Shown here: in pieces, positions 17,172 to 25,000 of the stretch
Position numbering within the stretch: position 1 is the stretch's first letter
Layout: each line of letters starts with the position of its first letter
Virus record (IMG/VR): IMGVR_UViG_3300050144_000065
Span: 1-27,822 of that record
DNA length: 27,822 nucleotides
Direction: 5' to 3' (one strand)
Source of the DNA: a virus
Taxonomy: Duplodnaviria; Caudoviricetes
The notes under the pieces: model-generated
Database searches by the model: none
What the model saw: the letters and a program-made list of their open reading frames with translations, nothing else
What the model was told of the DNA's origin: nothing
Program-made: the position numbers and the translations under genes

Positions 17172-19210
17172 GCGGCCTGCGCAAACTCACCATGTCCTTT
17201 GCCGGTGGCGAAGTGACGCCCGAATTCTGGGGCCAGATTGGTGACGCCAAGTTCCAGACCGGGCTGGCCACCTGCCGCAACATGATCGTGCTGCCCCACG
17301 GCCCGGTGGCCAATCGCCCGGGATTTGCATACGTCAACACGGCCAAGACCCCTAGTAAAAAAACACGCCTGATTCCTTTCACATACAGCACCACGCAGAC
17401 CATGGTGCTGGAATTCGGGGACCAGTACGTGCGCTTTCACACGCTGGGCGCGACGCTGGAGTCCAGCCCCAGCGTGCCCTATGAGGTCGCCACGCCGTAT
17501 CTGGAAGCCGATTTGTTTGACCTGCACTTTGTGCAATCGGCGGACGTGCTCACGATCTGCCACCCCGGTTATGCCCCGCGCGAACTCAAACGGCTGGGTG
17601 CCCTGAGCTGGACGCTGACCGCCATCAGCTTTGTGTCCAGCCTGACCACCCCCGCCGCGCCCACCGTCACGCCCACGGGCGCGGGCACCACGGATTACAA
17701 GTACGTGGTCACCAGCGTGGGTGCGACGGGCCTGGAAGAGTCCGCCGCGTCTGCGTCGGGCACCGGCACCGGCAACTTACTGGTGACTGGCCAGTACATG
17801 ACCATCACCTGGACGACCACGGGCGCGACCCGGTACAACGTCTATAAGCAGTCCAACGGGTTGTATGGCTACATTGGCCAGACTGACGGCCTGACGTTCA
17901 AGGACGACAACATCACGGCGAACTTGGGCAAAACCCCGCCCATCGTGAACAACCCATTCAGCGGTGCGGGCCTATACCCCGGTGCGGTGTCGTACTTTGA
18001 GCAACGCCGTTGCTTTGCCGGTTCGACCAACGAACCGCAAAACCTGCGCATGACGCGTTCGGGCACTGAGTCCAACCTGACGTACTCCATCCCGGTGCGC
18101 GACGACGACAGCATCAACATCCGGGTGGCCGCGCGTGAAGCCAACACCATCCGCCATATCGTGCCGCTGGCCAATCTGGTGTTGCTGACCGGCGCAGCCG
18201 AATGGCGGGTGACCAGCATCAACAGCGATGCCATCACGCCCACCAGCATCAGCGTCAAGCCCCAGAGCTACGTGGGGGCCAACAACGCCCAGCCGCTGAT
18301 TGTGAACAACAACATTCTGTACGCGGCTGCGCGTGGCGGCCACATGCGTGAAATGGCCTTCAACTATCAGGCTGGGGGCTACATCACGGGCGATTTGAGC
18401 CTGCGCGCCCCGCACCTGTTCGACGGCCTGGACATTGTGGATATGGCCTACGCCAAAGCTCCGCAACCGCTGGTGTGGTCTATCAGTTCGGGCGGCAAGC
18501 TGCTGGGGCTGACCTACGTGCCCGAGCAAAATATCGGGGCATGGCACCAGCACGATACCGACGGCACGTTCGAGTCGTGCTGCGTGGTGGCCGAAGGCGG
18601 CGAAGACGTGTTGTACGTCGTGGTTCGGCGTTTGATCAATGGCAGCTACACCCGCTACGTGGAGCGCATGCGTTCCCGCATGTTTGCCACCCAGGCCGAT
18701 GCCTTCTTTGTCGATTCTGGCGCCACCTATTCCGGCGCGCCTGCCACGGTAATCAGCGGCCTTGCGTGGCTGGAGGGCAAGACCGTCAGCGTGCTGGGCG
18801 ATGGTGCGGTGTTTCCGCCCAGGGTCGTGACCGGTGGGTCCATCACCCTGGAACAACCATGCAGCAAGGTACAGGTGGGCCTGCCCATTACGGCCGACGT
18901 GCAAACCCTACCGCTGTCCGCCCAGATCGATGCCAGCTATGGGCAGGGCCGACTCAAGAACATCAACAAGGTGTGGCTGCGCGTTTACAAGTCCTCTGGC
19001 GTGTTCGCTGGCCCCAGTCTGGACCGCCTGGTGCAGTTCAAACAGCGCACCACCGAAGTCTATGGCGCACCGCCTGCGCTCAAGTCGGACGAGCTGGAAC
19101 TATCGCTTGAGCCCAGTTGGCAGCAGGGCGGCCAGATATACGTGCGTCAGTCTGACCCGTTGCCGTTGACACTGGTGTCCATGACCGTCGAGGCTGCGCT
19201 GGGTGGCTAG
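17168..19210 (+). CDS. Tail tubular protein B / nozzle (T7 gp12-like)
   Basis: 680 aa from ATG 17168 (ATGA overlap). SFAGGEVTP, HGPVANRPG, QSADVL, YPGAVSYFEQR, AWHQH and Q.DPLPLT motifs. Confidence 0.9.
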   Translation: MSGLRKLTMSFAGGEVTPEFWGQIGDAKFQTGLATCRNMIVLPHGPVANRPGFAYVNTAKTPSKKTRLIPFTYSTTQTMVLEFGDQYVRFHTLGATLESSPSVPYEVATPYLEADLFDLHFVQSADVLTICHPGYAPRELKRLGALSWTLTAISFVSSLTTPAAPTVTPTGAGTTDYKYVVTSVGATGLEESAASASGTGTGNLLVTGQYMTITWTTTGATRYNVYKQSNGLYGYIGQTDGLTFKDDNITANLGKTPPIVNNPFSGAGLYPGAVSYFEQRRCFAGSTNEPQNLRMTRSGTESNLTYSIPVRDDDSINIRVAAREANTIRHIVPLANLVLLTGAAEWRVTSINSDAITPTSISVKPQSYVGANNAQPLIVNNNILYAAARGGHMREMAFNYQAGGYITGDLSLRAPHLFDGLDIVDMAYAKAPQPLVWSISSGGKLLGLTYVPEQNIGAWHQHDTDGTFESCCVVAEGGEDVLYVVVRRLINGSYTRYVERMRSRMFATQADAFFVDSGATYSGAPATVISGLAWLEGKTVSVLGDGAVFPPRVVTGGSITLEQPCSKVQVGLPITADVQTLPLSAQIDASYGQGRLKNINKVWLRVYKSSGVFAGPSLDRLVQFKQRTTEVYGAPPALKSDELELSLEPSWQQGGQIYVRQSDPLPLTLVSMTVEAALGG

Positions 19211-19673
19211 GTTGCGGTTCGTCCGTCCCGAAGTCCGCGACGTTCGGCACATTGTCCGCCACCTGCGCCAGCACGACGTGCAAGAGTTGCAGGCCGTGCA
19301 TGGCCCGGATCTGGACTTGCAGGACTGCCTGCGCACTGCGGTGCTGGCCAGCGAGGAATGCCATGTGTTGGCCACCACCGACGGCGAGCCCGTAGCGCTA
19401 TTCGGGCTGGCCCCGGTCTCGCTATTGGGCGGCATGGCCTGCCCGTGGTTGCTGGGTACGGATGCCTTCATGGCCCACCCGCGCGACATTGTGGTGCTGG
19501 GCAAGCGCATGGTGCTCCAGTGGAGCACGCGCTACGACCTGCTTTTCAACTACGTGGACGCCCGCAATCTGCGTTCTATTGCCTGGTTGCAGCACATCGG
19601 GTTTCAGGTGTTTGAGCCCCAGCCCTACGGCCTTGCGGGCTTGCCGTTCCACCGGTTCGAGCGGTGCACGTAA
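19203..19673 (+). CDS. GNAT-fold virion assembly protein (T7 gp13-like)
   Basis: LR..DVQEL, PWLLGT and LFNYVDARN.RSI.WL..IGF motifs. Lies between the nozzle and ejection genes. Confidence 0.8.
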   Translation: MARLRFVRPEVRDVRHIVRHLRQHDVQELQAVHGPDLDLQDCLRTAVLASEECHVLATTDGEPVALFGLAPVSLLGGMACPWLLGTDAFMAHPRDIVVLGKRMVLQWSTRYDLLFNYVDARNLRSIAWLQHIGFQVFEPQPYGLAGLPFHRFERCT

Positions 19674-19695
19674 CCCCCGGGGTGGGGGGCACAGT
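19663..19695 (+). promoter_or_regulatory. Late promoter motif, copy 4 (ejection-protein operon)
   Basis: GGTGCACGTAA-N16-CACAGT. The TAA of the motif doubles as the stop of the upstream gene. Confidence 0.68.
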
Positions 19696-19724
19696 GGCCC
19701 CATCGAATCACTCGGGCCGAATTC

Positions 19725-20243
19725 ATGTGCAATGCCGCAGCAGCTATGACGATGCAGGGCGCGGGGGCCGCCAGCTCGGCTGTCGGGGCTTACTACAGCG
19801 CCCAGTCGCAAAAATCTTCTCTTGAACTACAGGCCAATCTGGCCGACATTAATGCGCGCATGTCGGAAAGCACGGCCCAGCAAACCCTGCTGACCGGCCA
19901 GCGCGAAGAGCAAAAGAGCCGTATCGCCACGGCCAACCTCAAGGGCACCCAACGCGCCAGCATGGCGGCCAATGGTATCGACTTGGGCGAGGGCAGTGCG
20001 GCCCAGGTGCTGACCAGCACCGACGTTTTGGGCGAGGTCGATGCCAACACCATACAAGCCAATGCGGTGCGCAGCGCGTGGGGCTTCCGCACCCAGGCCG
20101 TAAACCAGACCAACCAAGCGCTGATGTCGCGTGCGTCTGCTGGTGCCATCAATCCCGGGCAAGCGGCATTCAGCTCCTTGTTGGGCAGCGCGGGTTCGGT
20201 GGCCGGTAACTGGTACGCCATGAACAAAGCAGGTGCCAAGTAA
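19725..20243 (+). CDS. Internal virion/ejection protein (T7 gp14-like)
   Basis: MCN start, Ala/Gly/Gln-rich, G.QRA.MAANGIDL.EGS motif. Confidence 0.85.
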   Translation: MCNAAAAMTMQGAGAASSAVGAYYSAQSQKSSLELQANLADINARMSESTAQQTLLTGQREEQKSRIATANLKGTQRASMAANGIDLGEGSAAQVLTSTDVLGEVDANTIQANAVRSAWGFRTQAVNQTNQALMSRASAGAINPGQAAFSSLLGSAGSVAGNWYAMNKAGAK

Positions 20244-22063
20244 TGCCGCGCGTCCCCGGATACGACAATTTCCAGACTTCAGTGTCTGGCCAGCCCAATG
20301 CCCAGTTTCAAGCCCCGGGCGGCCCAGCCCCCGGCGCTATCGCGGCGGATCAGGCTGCACAGCTTGGGCAGGCACTCACCCGTTCGGGGGATGCCGTGGG
20401 CAAGATCGCGCTAGCCGCTGCTGACCAAGCCAACCAGGTGCGCGTCAGCGATGCCATGAACAAGGCCATGGCGGCACGTCTCAAGCTCACCTACGACCCG
20501 CAAGCAGGCTACACCATGAAGCGCGGCGCGGATGCGCTGGACGCGGACGTGGATGGTAAGTCGCTGGACCAAGCCTACGGCGACAAGCTCAAAGAACAGC
20601 TTGACGGTATCTCGCAGGGGCTGGGCAACGACGCCCAGCGCATCGCGTTCAACCACCAGTCCAACCAGCTCATGCAGCAATTCCAGAGCGGGCTGACCCA
20701 GCACGTTGCCAAGGAATACACCGACCATTCGGTCAGCGTACAGCAAGGCACCACCAAGTTGGCGCAGGACCAAATGGGCCTGGCATGGGGCGATGCCGAA
20801 GCAGTGGAACAATCCCGCAACGCCATCAAGGCGGCGACCGCCGAAGAGGGCCGCTTGCGCGGCTGGTCGGCCAAGATGGTCGAAGCGGCCACGGTGGAGC
20901 AATTGAGCCGGGGCCACGAAGCCGTGGTGTCCATGGCGTTGCAGGCAGGCAAAACCGAATATGCCGACACCTACCTCAAGCAAATCAATGCCGAGCTGAC
21001 CGACACGGCACGCCTCAAGCTCACGGGGCAAGTCAAGTCAGTGGACGTGTTGGTGCGTGGCGACCGGGCGGCCAACGAAGCGTGGGATGCCATGGCGCCC
21101 AAAGACGCGAACGACCCGGTGCGCATCTACGACATGGAAAAAGCCATTCGGGATAAATACCAGAACGAGCCCCAGCTCAAGGAAGCCGCGCTCAAGAGCC
21201 TGAAAGACCGGGCCTCGACCTTCAACGCCCAGCAATCCGAGCTGAATGCTGGGGGCGTCAACAAGGTGTACGGGATGATCGATGCGGGCATGCCCTTGAG
21301 CCGGGTGCAAGCCTCGCCCGCGTGGCTGACCTTGCCCGAAGCGAAGCGCCACGAGATTACCAAAGGGCTGGAAAGCGAAGCCGCCACCCGGGCCTCGCGC
21401 TATGCGTCCGACTCCGCACGCGCCCTGAGCGAGCTGACCCGCAACGACAAGCTGGCCTTGCTACACAACGGTGGTGACTACCTGCACGATAGCGACCCGG
21501 ATGTGCTCACCGGCAAGAGCCGCACCGAAGTGGAAGCCATGCGCACCAAGTACGGTTTCGAGGGCACCCAGCAATTGCTGCAACGCTTCGACCTGTTGCA
21601 GAACAAAGATGCCAAGTTGCAGGCCCGCATTGACGACACCGCATTCAAGGCCATCGTCAAGGACACGCTGGACATTGACCCCTATGGCAAATTGTCCAGC
21701 GATTCCAAGGCCATGCTGGGCAACCTCAAGACCCGGGTGGACGGCATGCTGCAAACCGAAGCGCAGCGCTTGCGTCGCCCGTTGACCACCGAAGAGAAGT
21801 CCGAGCTGATGCGCACCGAAGCGGCCAAGACTGTGACCGTCAACGGCTGGCTGTGGAACTCGGACAAACCAGCGGCGGCCCTGAGCCCGTCGGACGCGGC
21901 CAGCGTGGTGATTCCGGCCGACAAGAAAACGCAGCTCATTGCCAGTATGAAGAAGGCATATGCCGCCACAGGCGACGCCGATTACGCGCCCACCACCGCC
22001 AACCTCAACCGTTTGTACCTCAAGGGCGTGAGCCCGATTGCCGGACTACCCAATGCCAAATGA
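20243..22063 (+). CDS. Internal virion/ejection protein (T7 gp15 position)
   Basis: 606 aa, helical, MPRVP.Y start, second of three ejection genes. No recognisable muralytic domain. Confidence 0.8.
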   Translation: MPRVPGYDNFQTSVSGQPNAQFQAPGGPAPGAIAADQAAQLGQALTRSGDAVGKIALAAADQANQVRVSDAMNKAMAARLKLTYDPQAGYTMKRGADALDADVDGKSLDQAYGDKLKEQLDGISQGLGNDAQRIAFNHQSNQLMQQFQSGLTQHVAKEYTDHSVSVQQGTTKLAQDQMGLAWGDAEAVEQSRNAIKAATAEEGRLRGWSAKMVEAATVEQLSRGHEAVVSMALQAGKTEYADTYLKQINAELTDTARLKLTGQVKSVDVLVRGDRAANEAWDAMAPKDANDPVRIYDMEKAIRDKYQNEPQLKEAALKSLKDRASTFNAQQSELNAGGVNKVYGMIDAGMPLSRVQASPAWLTLPEAKRHEITKGLESEAATRASRYASDSARALSELTRNDKLALLHNGGDYLHDSDPDVLTGKSRTEVEAMRTKYGFEGTQQLLQRFDLLQNKDAKLQARIDDTAFKAIVKDTLDIDPYGKLSSDSKAMLGNLKTRVDGMLQTEAQRLRRPLTTEEKSELMRTEAAKTVTVNGWLWNSDKPAAALSPSDAASVVIPADKKTQLIASMKKAYAATGDADYAPTTANLNRLYLKGVSPIAGLPNAK

Positions 22064-25000
22064 TGTTTTGTCGGACGACCTGGACCCCATCATTCAGGCC
22101 GAGCTGGAAGCCAAGCGCGCGCGGTTCAAAGCCACGGTCTCCAGCGCGGTAACCGTCAACCCCGACGACCAGGCCAAGTACAACCGCATCGCCACCTTTC
22201 TGGACCAGCCCAAGGGCGTGGTGGTGGCCATGCCAGCGGATGCCGAACGCAGTGCAGCTATTAAAAAGATAGCTGACGACGCAAGTACATCAGCGGTTTT
22301 GCAGAAAAAGTACAGCGATGCAGACTTTGCCAAACTAGCCCATGACGATAGCGGTGTGCTGTCCAGCATTGCGGCGGCCGCCAAGTATCTGGTCAGCGCG
22401 CCGGATGCCAGCTCTACCCTGATGGGTGACATTGCCGGGGGTTACCACGGCGCGAATTCTGGCGTGTCTGGTGCTTTTGGTGGTGTAGCCCGCACAGTGG
22501 GCGCACCCCTTGATTGGCTGGACAACACCGCCATGCCCGGGGGCAACCCGCTACGCCGGTTGTCCGAGGGCTTCATGGGCATCGCTGACAGCGAAGCCGC
22601 TGCGCAAAAGACCGCGCAGGGCAAGTCCGAAACCTGGCTGGGTGGTGCGGTATCCAGTGGTGTGCAATCGCTGTCGCAGAATATTCTGATGTTGCCCATG
22701 GCCTTGCTGCCCGGTGGGCAGGCCGCCACGCTCACCGGCATGGCCTCGATGGCCGGGGGCCAGAGCTACCAGAAGGATATGGCCGATGGCGTGCCCCATT
22801 GGAAGTCGATGATTCACGGCGTCAGCGATGGCGTGATCGAAGCCGGTACCGAATTGATGCCGCTGGGCAATCTGGTGCACGACGTGAAAGCCGGTACCCC
22901 ACTGTTCACCACCATCCTGAAAAACGCATGGGCCGAAAACAAGGGTGAACAGATTGCCACGGCCTTGCAGGATCTGAACGACTGGGCCATCAACGATGTC
23001 AACAAAGGCAAGACCTTTGGCGACTATCTGGCCGCGCGCCCCGAGGCGGCTGCGCAAACCCTGATTGCAACCCTTATCGGTGCAGGCGGTAACGTCACCC
23101 TCATGCACGGCGTGCAGGGCGCGGCGGATCGCGCGGCGGGGTTTGACCGTCAGGCCCAGGTGGCCGAACAGCACGCCCAGGTGTTGGAAACCATGCAGGC
23201 CACCATGCAGGCCAGCAAGCTCTTGGAACGTAGCCCCGACACCCTGCGCAGCTACGCGCAAGACTTGGCCGACGAAGGCGTGCCCACGGTCTATGTGGAC
23301 AGCGCCAAACTGGTCGAGGCCGGGGTGGACTTGCAGGCACTGGCCCAGGCCGTGCCCAGCGTGGCCGCCCAGCTCGAACAGGCCCACACCGGTGGGGATT
23401 TGGCTATCCCCACGGGCGAGCTGCTGACCAACACCATCGGCACGGAATTTGCCCAGCCCCTGATTGACCACGCCCGCACGGACGTGAACGGCATGAGTCG
23501 CAGCGAGGCGACCACCTACATGCAGGAAAAGGGCGACGCGCTCAATGCCGAAATTGAGAAGGTCATGACGGCAAAGGAAAACGACGCCGAATTCAAGGCG
23601 GGCCGCGACCAGGTGCAGGCCCAAATCCTGACCCAGCTCAACGACATCAAGCGCTTCACCCCCAAGGTGAACGAGCAATACGCCACCCTGGCGGCCAACT
23701 TCTACGCAGTTACTGCGGCACGCGCGGGCATGACGGTGCAGGACTTTGCGGACAAGTACAAGCTGGGGTTCAGCTCCAATGAAGTGGCGGGCGGCATGTA
23801 CGACCAAGGCGGCAAGCTGGCCACGGAATCGCAGGCGTTCAAGGACTGGTTTGGGGATAGCAAAGTTGTTGGTACTGACGGCAAACCGCTGGTGGTGTAC
23901 CACGGCACGGCGGCGGACTTCACAGAGTTTAAGCGCACCAGTGGTGGCGAATTCGGTCCCGCTATTTATGCAACAGACAACCCGCGAGAAGCCGGTGAAT
24001 ACGGTAGTGGTCAGCAAAAACCGGGCGTCAACGTGATGCCGCTCTACGTGTCCATGTACCACCCTTACACCGAGGGGGTTGACAAGTTTTGGCAAGACTT
24101 CGGGAAAGATGACGGTGACGCCGCAGCAATTGAGCGCGCGCGCAATGCCGGGTACGACGGGGTAATAGCAAAACGCGCTGACCGCTATTACGACAACGAG
24201 GCGCGCCAATACGTTGATCAAGGCGGGGAACTGACCCACTATATTGTTTTTGACCCCACCCAGGTCAAGAGCATTTTCAACCGAGGCACCTGGAACCCCA
24301 ACGACGCCAATATCCTGAGCCAAGCCCAGATTGAAGACCCCAAGGTGGGTGTGTCCAACGTGTTGCTGACCCTTGGCCAGAACGATGACCTGTACCAGTA
24401 CCCGCGCTCGGACGCGCTGGACGTGCGCGACATTGCCGCCGATAAGTCTTGGGTGAACGACAAGGGCGAAGTGGCCACCATCCAGGTGTCGGATGTGGAC
24501 AAAAACACCGACGACAACGAGCTGTGGATGCTGGCCAACACCACGCCCGTAGACGACGCGGCAGCGGGCACCAAGTCGTGGATTCTCACCCTGCCCACGG
24601 GCAAGCACGCCACGCTGACCACCAAGGGCGGCGAGGTCTACATCAACGTGTCGGGCGTGGGTGAAGGCAACGGCGGCAGCGCGGTGTATGACCTGGCCGC
24701 AAACTACGCCCTGAACAACGGGCTGGTGTTTGTGGGCGACCCCAACGGGGTGAGCCCCGCAGCCATGCGTCGGCGGCTGGAAAACATGCTGTCCAGCGCC
24801 ATCAAGTACGGCACCACGGACCACCTCAAGCCCCACCCGGATCAGTATTTAGGGGACGAGTCTATCGGCGTGCCCCCCTTGGATTGGACAAACGGCGACA
24901 CACTGGGTAATATTCGTTCAATGGTGGACGTGTCTATTGCGGCCACCGAACACTCAAATCCGAATGGAGCCAGCCTTGTCTACGATAGCGGAACCGACAG

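Noticed and set aside
19674-19700. C5/G-run element (possible hairpin, G-quadruplex or phase-variable spacer)
   Set aside because: The runs are short, and it is simply the 16-nt spacer of late promoter copy 4.
23746-24036. Second possible overprinted ORF over ART module 1
   Set aside because: Composition is typical of an off-frame read, there is no promoter or RBS, and the main frame is fully explained by ART motifs.
22551-24836. 761-aa minus-strand ORF in an apparently empty region
   Set aside because: Shadow of the real plus-strand giant gene starting at 22053, which the ORF track omitted.
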